A stretch of 64,000 nucleotides of DNA from Podarcis liolepis (Eukaryota). Shown here piece by piece: positions 48,571-60,139 of this stretch. Position numbers and translations under genes: made by a program. The number at the start of each line of letters is the position of its first letter. Within the stretch, counting starts at the first letter, position 1. The stretch is taken from assembly GCA_965112155.1 (NCBI GenBank), contig OZ218105.1; one strand, written 5' to 3'. A model generated the notes under the pieces. It was not told the origin of the DNA and made no database searches. It saw only the letters and a list, made by a program, of their open reading frames with translations.

Positions 48571-50503
48571 TCCCCTCTCCATTTGTGTCTTTTCCCCAGC
48601 CATTTAAATAACATATTTATCGTGAAAATTGATAATGGCCATATCTGCCCAATTCAAACTACACAAATTTTCAAATGTTTCCATTCATGTCTATGACTGA
48701 CCCTCTAACATCCACTGGGATATATAAAAACAGGTTCTCAGGGCTCCTCCACACCTCATTTGGCCTTCCATTTCCCACCAGGAAAACCTTCTCCTTACTT
48801 CTGAATCGAAACAAATGACCATTGGGTTTTAACACAGATTGCTGTTCATTTCAATTCAGAGGGAACGAGCATGGTTTTCAGGGGAAAGCTGAACAGCAAA
48901 GACAATGTCACTCGGACCGGTGCCTGGAAAGAACCTGAAAACTGCGTGAAACTGTGCCTTTTTGGAATGGGACTGGTGGAAGGTGGACAAGCCCTCAATC
49001 TGAACAAGGAAAATGATCCAGCCAGAAAGTGCCATGTTATTTACTCTACATAGATGTTTACATACATATGTGTGTCTGACATCTTATTCAGCCATTCCAT
49101 TCTGTTCTCCTCTCCCTCCTGGTTCTCCATTTCCCCCCTCTTAGATATTCAGAAGCCCCCTCCCCCCGGTCTGATTTCCAGGTTCCATAGTTACACCTGT
49201 GGGGCTCCATACACACCATGTAGTCAAAGCATATCATTTCCCCCAAAGAAAACCAGACACTGTAGTTTTACCCCTCACCCAGTTGTTCCTGGCAACTTAT
49301 TTACTCACTTTTCTCAAGAATGCTTCTCTATGACATCAAGACTTTGGAGGCAAGAACCTCCTCTTAACTTTCTTGACAACCAGTGAACAAAATTCTTCTT
49401 GCCACAGGATGTTGGCATACTGCTTAAGAACAGATGAAGAGTAATGGCTGGAGCCCTAAACATCTTGGGGAGAGCTTGGTGATACATCTATTTTCTCCTC
49501 CTTGGGTCTGTAGTCAGTTCTGCCAATCTTCCGACTACCTCCTCATTCCAGCACATGATTTTTTGCTTCTTGCTGCCTCCAACTCACCATTTTCTTAGAC
49601 TGCTGATCAACAATTGCTCACAGGTATGTGAATGTCTCAAGTTGACATGGTTCATTTGCAAAAGTGGGAGAGGAACCAAAGGCAGAAGTGTACATGCATT
49701 TCGGGCAGAAAAGCCCAGGTTGAATACTGGGCTGGACCAACCAATAAACTGCCTCACAAGTGCCGTACAGTAGGGATACAACAGTTTACTGGTGGTGGCA
49801 ATTGTCCTTCTTATGATAGGAAATACTATGTGAGAGACAAAGAATGGGGATTGAGGAGGGTCAATAGGAGAGGAATTAAAAATGACCCTATTTTCATCTG
49901 AGGAATATTCAGGGATATGTCAATGTATTGGGGATTGAACAGAAGTGTCCCCATGTCCCGTAAAAAAACAAAAAAACAAAAAAAACAAAACAGGTTGCTC
50001 TTCAAAGTTGCCCCGAGTGGGTTGGGAAATTAAAGAGCTGATGGGCCAGTAGAAAACCAGAGGAGTGGAGATGACTGTTGTGTTCTGAAGCTGTTTGTAG
50101 GCTTCCCTTAAGCATCTGTTTGGCCATTGGGAGACCAGGACAGTGGATTTCAGTTGAGATTTATTTTATCTGGTTTTGTTAAATATCACATTTTAATAAT
50201 AGTACAAACTTACATGTGCCTTCCCAAAGCATCGTTTTGTTATGGTTTTTTTATGTTGAAAGCTTTCCACTGTGGCTGGGGAAAGCAGTCAGATGTGTGG
50301 TGTACTAATAATCAAAATGGCTTTTGTTTTGGTGGTCACCAGAGCTGCTCAACTCCTTCTCCCGTTCCTCTTCTCCATTCTAGATTTGAAGCACTGAGCC
50401 CATCCAACCATCCCACTCCCAGGGTTTAGGACACGGTATGTTAGTTTGAGACGTCAAGTTTGACTCACAGAGCAGTAGAGGGGAATTTTAGTTCAAAAAT
50501 GAA

Positions 50504-51435
50504 ATGGTTAAAGACTTTCTGAGAGATCAGACACAAAGAGTAAGGATTGGACCTGTTACATCTACCTTCCTGAAGCTCAGCACTGGCACTCCACAGGGAC
50601 GCGTGCTAAGTCCATACCTGTATTCGTTGTATACATATGATTGCATTTCATCTGACCCATCTACTGCAATTATTAAGTTTGCTGATGACACCACCATAAT
50701 GGGTTTTATTACAGGCGGAAATGAATCTGCGTACAGGGGGGAGGTTCAAATGGTATCCACATGGTGCTCAGAGAACAATCTGCACCTAAACATTGGCAAG
50801 ACAAAGGAGATGGTGTTGGACTTTTGGAGGAAGAGAGGGGAGCTAGTCCCGTTGTTTATCACGGGGGGCTGTGTGGAGAGAGTCTCTTCCTTTAAATACC
50901 TGGGAGTCCATCTTAGTGAAGACCAAACTTGGAAGGTCATACAGCACAGGTGGTTAGGAAGGCCCAAAAGAGACATCATTTCCTTAGGGTCTTGTGAAAG
51001 AACAAGGTTGGACAGCAACTGATGATTTCCTTCTATCAGCCTCATACTGTATTATGGTGTGGTACGCTGGTTTGACAGCCATAGACAGAGTTCCTATGGA
51101 GGGTGGTTAAGACAACACACGATATCGTGGGCTGTCCCCTGAGTCCACTAGATGTCATTTTGGGAGACCGTTGTCTCAGAAGAGTGAGGAACATTCTAAG
51201 GGATGACTCACACCCTGGCCAGCACATGATAAGCTGCACCAACAGACTAAAAAACATTTTCTACCCATGGGCTGTGAGGCTGCTGAATGGAAGACAGCAA
51301 CATTGCAGCTGACGTTCAGGGTTGGTACGTACGACAGCACACAGAGTGTAACAAGGACTGAGAGATTGGGGGGGGGGGGTTATTTAATCTCACTGTAAAC
51401 AAGTGTACAGTGACAATAAAGTATTTCTATTTCTA
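50504..51435 (+). mobile_element. 5'-truncated Rex1/Babar-type LINE
   Basis: TGTPQG, KFADDTT, LHLNIGKTKEMVLDF, KYLGVH; tail AATAAAGTATTTCTATTTCTA. Confidence 0.8.
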
Positions 51436-51556
51436 ATATGAGTGTCTCACTTTAATATGGTTGAGCTTTGTAGGCAAAACTGACTCCACATTTGCTTCTT
51501 TTCTCCTGGTAGAAAGAGCCATTGAAGGAGTAGCTCAGAAGCAGAGATCCTGCAAG

Positions 51557-52540
51557 ATGAACAATGATGGCCTGGGATCCTTGTCCCCTTGGAATGCTTC
51601 ATGGGAAGACATTGGAGCAGAAAATGGAACTGACATCCTAACCCCCCAGGACAGTTTTGATCATGAATTATCACTAAATCATCCTATACCAGCAATTATT
51701 CTATATTTCATAATTATAGTTATTAGCATTTTTGGACTTATGGGGAATGGAACTGTCATCTGGTTTCTTGGTTTTTGCATGAAGAGGAATCCTTTTACCA
51801 CTTTCATACTACATCTGGCTGTTGCTGACCTTGGGGCTCTCATGACCTTATCTTGTTGTTCGATTATGAGAATTTTGAGTTTATTTCAATTCTTCACTTT
51901 TTATATTTACTTGTTTGAAGTATTCGAGTATTTGTTGCTGTTCATGTACAACACTGGTCAATATCTGTTGACAGCCATTAGCATGGACAGGTGTGTTTCT
52001 GCTGTCTTCCCACTTTGGCATCGATGCCACCGACCACCACACTTTTCCACCCTTGTGTGTGCCACAATATGGATCCTGCTCACTGTAATCAGCATGATTC
52101 TTTATCTTTTTAGAGATACAATGAGTCTCCTTCTCTATCTGCTTCTAATAAATGCTATACTTTGCCTCCCACTCATGACTGTTTCCACTCTGGTCCTGTT
52201 TATAAAAGTTTACTTCAGATCACAACTGAGGAAGAAGGGAAAAGCTTTAACAGCCATCCTACTTGCCCTCCTCTTCTTCCTCTTCTTAGCTTTCCCATTT
52301 ACTTGCATTTTATTAATCAATTTTTTCATTTTAGACTATAATGTTGTATTTTTTGCAATACCAGTTGGGTTATTATGCAGCTGCCTGAATAACAGTATTA
52401 ACCCACTGATTTATTTCCTGGTTGGGAGAAACAAGAGGGCTCGATCCAGGGAGAGCATGAAGGTCATACTCCAGAGACTTTTCAAAGAGGAGGAAAACTG
52501 CAGAGAGGAACAAGAAGTACCAGTTCAAACCCAGATGTGA
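51557..52540 (+). CDS. MRGPRH-like: Mas-related GPCR, intact, 327 aa (ATG at 51557)
   Basis: AAGATG start is homologous to the paralogs; 7TM motifs; in-frame 3-codon deletion in TM4. Confidence 0.88.
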   Translation: MNNDGLGSLSPWNASWEDIGAENGTDILTPQDSFDHELSLNHPIPAIILYFIIIVISIFGLMGNGTVIWFLGFCMKRNPFTTFILHLAVADLGALMTLSCCSIMRILSLFQFFTFYIYLFEVFEYLLLFMYNTGQYLLTAISMDRCVSAVFPLWHRCHRPPHFSTLVCATIWILLTVISMILYLFRDTMSLLLYLLLINAILCLPLMTVSTLVLFIKVYFRSQLRKKGKALTAILLALLFFLFLAFPFTCILLINFFILDYNVVFFAIPVGLLCSCLNNSINPLIYFLVGRNKRARSRESMKVILQRLFKEEENCREEQEVPVQTQM

Positions 52541-53693
52541 AGACTTCAAAATAGCTCAGAAAGCTTCATTTTCTATCTCTTGATGTATTTCTTGATATTT
52601 GTTTTCCTCTGTACTCACTATTTTATGATTTTGGATTTATTTACTCTGTTAATTTTTGCCTTGTTTCAGGAGTATCGTTAAAAGCCCCATGGATTGCTCA
52701 TTTGGCAGGATTAATATTTTGTATGTTTTAGAAAATGAAATAAAAAGAAATGCCACTTCAACAGACTTTCAGTCGAGGATGACTTGCTAAATGATATAGA
52801 AAACAGATTCATTGCCAAAGGGAATAAAGTAAAGAAATCTTCACATGTAGAGCTTGAATGTTTGAAGAAAACAGAAGAAAATATTTTCCCCAGATTTTTA
52901 AAAAAGGGCATTATGGAACATTCCACCAGTACAATCCTTATTGGCTCTGCTATTTTTATAGAAAAAGAGCTGCAGAAACTCGCCATAAAGGTCTCCCTTG
53001 TTCTCTTATGCAATCCACGTGAGAGATGCCAGAAATGAGTTCCGGTGAGTTCTGGCTGAAAAAAACCCCTGCTTATTATATGGATGTAGTGATATAGAAA
53101 TTATAACTATGTGCATATAGAAATAAAAAGAATTCTGCCATCTAACCTTTATAGGGCAATGTGACAATTAGCAGATGTCGTTCATGACATCAATGTTTCT
53201 CTATCTTTCCAATAAAGGTTTTGAAAAGAACACCAGAGGATACAGGGGGGGAGATGGTTCCATATCATGCCACAATGCACTTTCCACTCAATGCTAGCCA
53301 TCAAGCCTACATCCAAACCTACACTAGACTCCTTTGCATGGTGAAGAAGCAAAATCACCATGGATAAAGACTCACCTTGACACATCATCCTATTTAGAAG
53401 GATTGGGATGAGGCATGACAATAAAGCAGTCAGGTGAAACCATGCAGTCTACTCTGCAATGCAGAGGGAAGGGTCACCCCTGGACATGGGAGAAGATGAC
53501 TGGGCTCCTCTTAAGCTGATTAGCTTTTCACTGGCACAACCTAAGTGACCCACCACAGTGTGCAAAGGCTCTAATGCAATTGAGAGGCAGCAAGCTGCTC
53601 ACATAAAAGGCTAACCAAAAATCAACCTGAGCAAGTAACACTCATCATCAGAATGGCACAAAGCCCTGATGGGTGACAGAGAAAGATTACTGT

Positions 53694-53835
53694 NNNNNNN
53701 NNNNNNNNNNNNNNNNNNNNNNNNNNNNNNNNNNNNNNNNNNNNNNNNNNNNNNNNNNNNNNNNNNNNNNNNNNNNNNNNNNNNNNNNNNNNNNNNNNNN
53801 NNNNNNNNNNNNNNNNNNNNNNNNNNNNNNNNNNN
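53694..53835. other. Assembly gap (N run)
   Basis: Ns at a microsatellite-bearing position of the unit. Confidence 0.99.
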
Positions 53836-54300
53836 TTCAAAACAGAGGAATTAACTTGCTGTTGGACTGATGCAGAAGGATTGAACCCAAGGGTTGAGAA
53901 TGACTTGTGAGCCCAAGGATTGTGAATAGAATTGGGGATTGATGTCAGAAAATCTGAATGGTGAGGAAAGGGAATGATTCTGACATCTGAGTGTTGGATT
54001 GATTGGACAGCCAAGCTAATTCAGAGCTGAGCAGTTCACCCTTCCCCATGTGAGAGATAGACAGAGAGAGTGTGAAGGTATTTGTCCATAAGCCCAGCCA
54101 CCTTTTCTCCACATCCCACTGATCCTGCTGCTATAGTCAAACAAATAGATATCAAACATAAGGCACATTGTAAGAAGAAAACAAGTCATAAAGGCCAGCT
54201 GAAGAGTTGGCCTTTATGAAGAGCTTGTTTTATTAATCATTTTCTTATTATGATGTGTCTTGTGTTTGATACAACCTTGTATGCAAATCATTTATTGTGT

Positions 54301-54620
54301 ACTTGCCGATCAGAAGGTCAGTGGTTTGAATTCCCACGACGGGGTGAGCTCCCGTTGCTCGGTCCCTGCTCCTGCCAACCTAGCAGTTCGAAAGCACGTC
54401 AAAGTGCAAGTAGATAAATAGGTACCGCTCTGGCGGGAAGGTAAGCGATGTTTCTGTGCGCTGCTCTGGTTCGCCAGAAGTGGCTTAGTCATGCTGGCCA
54501 CATGACCCAGAAGCTGTACGCCGGCTCCCTCGGCCAATAAAGCGAGATGAGCACCGCAACCCCAGAGTCTGCCACGACCGGACCTAATGGTCAGGGGTCC
54601 CTTTACCTTTACCTTTACCT
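54301..54620 (+). mobile_element. Sauria SINE, 5'-truncated
   Basis: Colinear with 28483-28798; (ACCTTT)n tail. Confidence 0.88.
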
Positions 54621-55449
54621 ATAGCTCTGTTTAGAGTAGGTAATGTCTTGATAATATAATGTTTTAAGTTTTTTTGAATTAATCCAGCATATTTCCTTTT
54701 AATTGTTGAATGATTCTGTGTACATTGCGGCAGCCTTTGGCTATGTGCAATAAAACTGACTGACTCAGGTATGTGAATGTTTCAAGTTGGTGAAGTTCAT
54801 TTGCAAGAGCAAGAGGGGGACCATAATTGGGTGGCAGAGGTGAACGTGCAGGAGGACTACTCTTGAAGCGAAACCAGTTTCTTTGTGACATAAATGGTCC
54901 TGTTGTTCTTCTTCATTATATGCATTCTGTGATTAGAGAGCATGGAAGAGAGCAAATTGGGGTATAATAAACTGTAGGTTAAAATAATGTGTATTTTTTT
55001 TCCATATGTCAGTAGCTGACTGGATTGTTTGTCTGTGTATTTAATATGTGGATTTAGGAACAGACCAAGATGTGTAATTCCAAGTCGGACTTTCTGATCC
55101 CCTTGGTCAGCACTGTCTGCTGTAAAGGGGGGGGGGAGCATTCTCAATGATCCTATAGGATCTCAAGGAGAGGATCTCCAGGATTTCCCCTCCCTTGGTC
55201 CCTTGAACTAGAGTCACCACAGCTTAAATTTTGGCACCTCTGCATGTAACATATGTATTATAATCCCCAAACTATAGTCCCTCTCCAGAACCACTTCTTA
55301 TTATAGCTGCACAGACTGTGATTTTCATTTTTTTAAAAAAGTGATGAAAAAGAGAATTTAAATTGGACCAATAAGAACAATGACCGCTCCCCACATCAAA
55401 TGGGGGGTGCCTTTTGCCTGGTTGCACACAGCCCCCCCCCCAGATCCCA

Positions 55450-56245
55450 GTGTGGACCCTGGTAGTTTGGGCTGGCTTCATCCTCCCCAGGTTGGATATC
55501 TGGAGGTCTCTGCCTACCTCAGCCAATTGCCCAATCCCGCCTGGGGAGGCGTTACAAGGAGTTCGGCCAGGTAAGGGGAGGGACCACCCTGCCCACACAA
55601 CAGAAGGTGAATCCTACCTGCGAAGTGTCAGTTGATTCCAGAGCTTCTCCCACCCTGCCCTCCCTCCGTTAAGTCTTCTTTTGCAGGTTAACCTCTTCTG
55701 CACAGGTATGCAGGCGCTGCTATGTCTTGGTCACTGTTGAAGGGCCGGAAAGGAATTTTCCAGCATTGGCAGGTTTTGCCTTTCCAGTAGCAAAACATCA
55801 AAACTTTGGCAGTTTCAGGCCTTGGGCGGGATCCTTTAGTCTATCTTCCTAAATGGGGTGTGTGTGTGAAGTGGTGACCCACGCCCCCCTTGCGGCGGTC
55901 AGCCCAGGGTTCACTGTTAAAGGGGTCTTGAGGGGAGGCATTGGCGAAACACCAAGAGGTTGTCATTGCTGTCCCCTCCAACGGCGGCGAAACAGGGGCG
56001 GGCTCTCTGCTTGAACATATGTTCTCCAGAGCCAGCACAATCCCCACACATTCTGGGTAACCCTGATGTCTTCCAGATCCCCGGCTGCGGATTCGGAAGG
56101 ATAAACGCCCAGTGCCTGAGCCAAGGTCTCCCTACACCTGAAATTTAATAAAGTTGTGGCCAATTGCAATCCCATAGCACGTTGTTTTGAGTCATTATTC
56201 CGCTCAGGGGTTGCCTGGGGTTGGGGGGACTCTGCCTGTCCACGC
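55450..56245 (+). mobile_element. Putative non-autonomous relative of the YR retrotransposon (non-coding; 5' end uncertain)
   Basis: Shares TTTAATAAAGTTGTGGCCAA, CCCCTCCAAYGGYGGCG, the paired AGGC/GCCT arms and the CACGC|AA terminus with 41243-41693; candidate TIR GTGTGGAC/GTCCACGC. Confidence 0.6.
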
Positions 56246-56901
56246 AAAAGTTACATACACTTTTTAACACTGCTGCTGTTGTTTTCCCAATATATTGCCT
56301 TGTTTTTGCCTCATTATCCTTTGAGTTACTCCACCATAAGTACCAAGCCCCATAAGTGCCAATCATAGGTACGAAACTCAGAACCAAGAAATCAAAGGAA
56401 GTCTTTAGATTCACAACTGAGATTCTTCTTGGTGTCCTATCTGTTATCAGATTTCTGTTTCACACTTAACAGCTAAGTTCTGATTGTATCAGAATAGGAA
56501 ATAGTGGTTAGTTTTGCAACTAGGTTGCAGCAAGAAGACAAAAGAGGAACTAGTGGCCGAATGAACAGCACACTTAGATGCTCTTTGCCCATGCTTGAAA
56601 TCCAAAGAAACACAAAATGTATACTTGGAACATAGAGGCAAATGTCCAGGGTTTTGGCAGGAACAATAGGTGAGTATTTCAAGTAATCAGTTCCCTGTTT
56701 CTTCTCTGTCACTTTGCAAAATCCTATTGAGCTCAATGAGCATTGGATTAATTGGAGGGTCCCCTCTCCATTTGTGTCTTTCCCCCCAACTATTTATTTG
56801 ATATATCTGTTGTGAAAAATCAATAATGGCCATATCTGCCCAATTCAAACTACGCAAATTTTCAAATGTCTCCATTAATGTCTATGGCTGACCATCTAAC
56901 A

Positions 56902-57037
56902 CAGTGGTGGCCAAACTTGGTCCTCCAGCTGTTTTGGGACTACAACTCCCATCATCCCTAGCTAACAGGACCAGTGGTCAGGAATGATGGGGATTTTAGT
57001 CCCAAAACAGCTGGAGGACCAAGTTTGGCCACCACTG
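56902..57037. mobile_element. hAT-type palindromic MITE, 136 bp
   Basis: CAGTGGTGGCCAAACTTGG ... CCAAGTTTGGCCACCACTG; 8-bp TSD ATCTAACA/CTCTAACA (7/8 match); empty site at ~48705 and ~62750. Confidence 0.85.
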
Positions 57038-58538
57038 CTCTAACATCTCACGGGGCATATAAAAACAGGTTCTCAGGGCTCCTCCACACCTCATTTAGCC
57101 TTCCATTTCCCGTCCAGGAAAACCCTCTCTGTACTGCTGAATCGAAACAAATGACCATTGGGTTTTCTGCAGATTGCTGTTCATTCCAATTCAGAGTCAA
57201 AGAGTGTGTTTTTCAACGGAAAGCTGCACTGCAAAGGCAAGGTCACTTGGACCAGTGCCTGGAAGGTCCCCGGAGAAGGCTTGAAACTGTGTCTTTTTGG
57301 AATGGGACTGGTGGATGGGTGGATGAACCCTCAATTTGAACAAGGAAAATGACCTAGCCAGAACATGCCATGTTATTTACTGTACATAGATCTTTACATA
57401 CATATGTGTGTGTGTGCCATCTCATCCAACCATTCCATCATGTTCTCCTCTCCTACCTGGTTAACCATTGTCCACCTCTTAGTCATTCAAAAGCCCCCCC
57501 CCCCCCATGATTTCCAGGTTCCATAGTTACGCCTGTGGGGCTCCATACACACCATGAATTCAAAGCATATCATCCCCCCCAAAGAATCTCAAGCACTGTA
57601 GTTTTGACCCTCACCCAGTTCCTCCCTGCAATTTATTTTCTCACTTATCTCAAGAATGCTATTCTATGACATCAAGACTTTGGAGGCAAGAACCTCCTGT
57701 GTAATCAGCTCTCTTGACAACCAATGAACAAAATTCTTCTTGCCACAGGATGTTGGCAAATTGCTTAAGAACAGATGAAGAGTAATGGGTGGAGCCCTAA
57801 ACATCTTGGGGAGAGCTTGGTGATACATCTATTTTCTCCTCCTTGGGTCTGTAGTCAATTCTGCCAATCTTCTGACTACCTCTTCATTCCAGCACATGAT
57901 TTTGTGTTTCTTGCTGCCTCCAACTCACCTTGTCTTTAGACGGCTAATCAACAGTTGCTCACAGGTATGTGAATGTCTCAAGTTGACATGGTTCATTTGC
58001 AAAAGTGGGAGAGGAACCAAAGGCAGAAGTGTACATGCATTTAAGGCAGAAAAGCCCAAGTTGAATCCCTGAAGAAGGAATACTGGGATGGAGAAACCAA
58101 TAACCTGCCTCACAAGTGCTCTACAGTAGGAATACAACAGTTTACTGGTGGTGGCAATTGTCCTTCTTATGATAGGAAATGCTATGTGAGAGTCAAAGAA
58201 TCGGGATTGAGGGGGATCAATAGGAGAGGAGTTTAAAATGACCCTATTTTCATCTGAGGAATGTTTGGGGATATGTCAATGTATCTGGGATTGAACAGAA
58301 GTGTCCCCAATGCCCTGTAAAACAACAACAACAGGTTGCTCTTCAGAGTTGCCTGAAGTGGGTTGTGAAATTAAAGAGCTGATGGGCCAGCAGAAAACCA
58401 CAGGTGTGGAGATGACTGTTGTGTTCTGAAGCTGTTTGTAGGCTTCCCTTAAGGATCTGTTTGGCCATTGGGAGACCAGGACAGTGGATTTCAGTTGAGT
58501 TTTATTTATTCTGGTTTTGTTAAATATCACATTTTAAT

Positions 58539-58582
<44 letters not shown>

Positions 58583-58583
58583 C
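58539..58583. repeat. (AAC)n microsatellite
   Basis: Direct reading. Confidence 0.95.
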
Positions 58584-59176
58584 TTACATATGCGTTCCCA
58601 AGGCATTGTTTCATTATGTTTTTATTTATGTTGAAAGCCATCAACTGTGGCTGGGGAACCCAGTCAGATGGGCTGGATACTAATAATAATAATGGCTTTT
58701 GTTTTCCTGATCTCCAGAGCCATTCAACTCCTTCTCCTGTTCCTCTTCTCTTCTCCACTCCAGTTCTGAAGCACTGAGCCTATCCAACCACCCCACTCCC
58801 AGGACAAAATACGTAAGTTTCAGATGTTAAGACTGACTCCGAGAGCAGAAGAGGGGAAATTTAGTTTAGCTTACTGATGCTGTGCCTGCAGATTTTTCTA
58901 CTGGGTGGAAAAATCTATAACCATACTGCATTTCCCCCTAAACCTTTGAAACTGATAAGTTTTGACAAGAATTCCAATGAACAATATTCCTAAAGTGATT
59001 GTTTGTTTGTTTATCGGTCATGAATTCCCACTACAGCATGTCTCTTTTGTTATTGTATGAATGTCTCACTTTAATATGGTTGAACTTTATAGCAAAAAAA
59101 TGAATCCACATTTGTTTATTTACTCTTGGTAGGAAGAGCCATACAAGAAATAGCTGAAAAGCAGAAATTAAGCAAG

Positions 59177-60139
59177 ATGAGCTATGGTAGCCTGGGAACC
59201 TGGTCCACTTTGAATGGAACCGGCAATGGAACTGGGCTCCCCAACTCCCAACATGGTTCTGGTGATATATTTTCATCGATTTTTTTAACAGAAATTATCA
59301 TCATCTCCGTTTTACTTATTAGCATTTTTGGACTTATGGGGAATGCAACTGTCATCTGGTTTCTTGGCTTTTGCATGAAGAGGAATCATTTCACCACCTT
59401 CATCCTGCATCTGGCTGCGGCTGACCTTGGGACTCTCATATGCTTATTTACTTTGTCCATTATACGTCTTCTGGGGTTATTTTCATTTTCATTCTTAGAT
59501 TATTATTATTTGTTATTACCTTGGGGTTCCATTCTTTTTTTATTCATGTGCAACACTGGTCAATATCTGTTGACAGCCATTAGCATGGACAGGTGTGTTT
59601 CTGTCGTCTTTCCCCTTTGGCATCGATGCCACCGACCACCACACTTTTCCACCCTTGTTTGTGCCACAATATGGATCATTGCTTTCCTGATCTCTGTAAT
59701 CTTCATAATTCTTTATGTTTTTAGACTTCCAATGAGTTCCCTTTTCTATCTGCTTCTAATGAATGCTATACTTTGTCTCCCACTCATGACTGTTTCCACT
59801 CTGGTCCTGTTTATAAAAGTTTACTTTAGATCACAACAGAGGAAGAAGGGGAAAGCTTTAACAGCCATCCTACTTGCCCTCCTCTTCTTCCTCTTCTTAG
59901 CTTTCCCATTAACTTGCATTGTATTATATATTCTCTGCAATGGTGGAAACAATACTAAACTATTTCTTGGCCTCTTATGCAGCTGCCTAAACAGCAGTGT
60001 TAACCCACTGATTTATTTCCTGGTTGGACGAAAGAAAAACAGTCCATCAAGGGAGAGCTTGAAGGTCATATACCAGAGGGTTTTCAAGGAGGAAGATTGC
60101 AGAAAGAAGCGAGATGTTCCGGTCCAAACCCAGATCTGA
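59177..60139 (+). CDS. MRGPRH-like: Mas-related GPCR, intact, 320 aa (ATG at 59177), most divergent paralog
   Basis: AAGATG start; 7TM motifs; distinct N-terminus, ECL3 and C-tail. Confidence 0.9.
   Translation: MSYGSLGTWSTLNGTGNGTGLPNSQHGSGDIFSSIFLTEIIIISVLLISIFGLMGNATVIWFLGFCMKRNHFTTFILHLAAADLGTLICLFTLSIIRLLGLFSFSFLDYYYLLLPWGSILFLFMCNTGQYLLTAISMDRCVSVVFPLWHRCHRPPHFSTLVCATIWIIAFLISVIFIILYVFRLPMSSLFYLLLMNAILCLPLMTVSTLVLFIKVYFRSQQRKKGKALTAILLALLFFLFLAFPLTCIVLYILCNGGNNTKLFLGLLCSCLNSSVNPLIYFLVGRKKNSPSRESLKVIYQRVFKEEDCRKKRDVPVQTQI

Noticed and set aside
51461-51556. N-terminal extensions of the ORF-track calls 51461-52540 and 59126-60139
   Set aside because: Non-ATG starts upstream of the conserved splice acceptor; the homologous ATG is at 51557 and 59177
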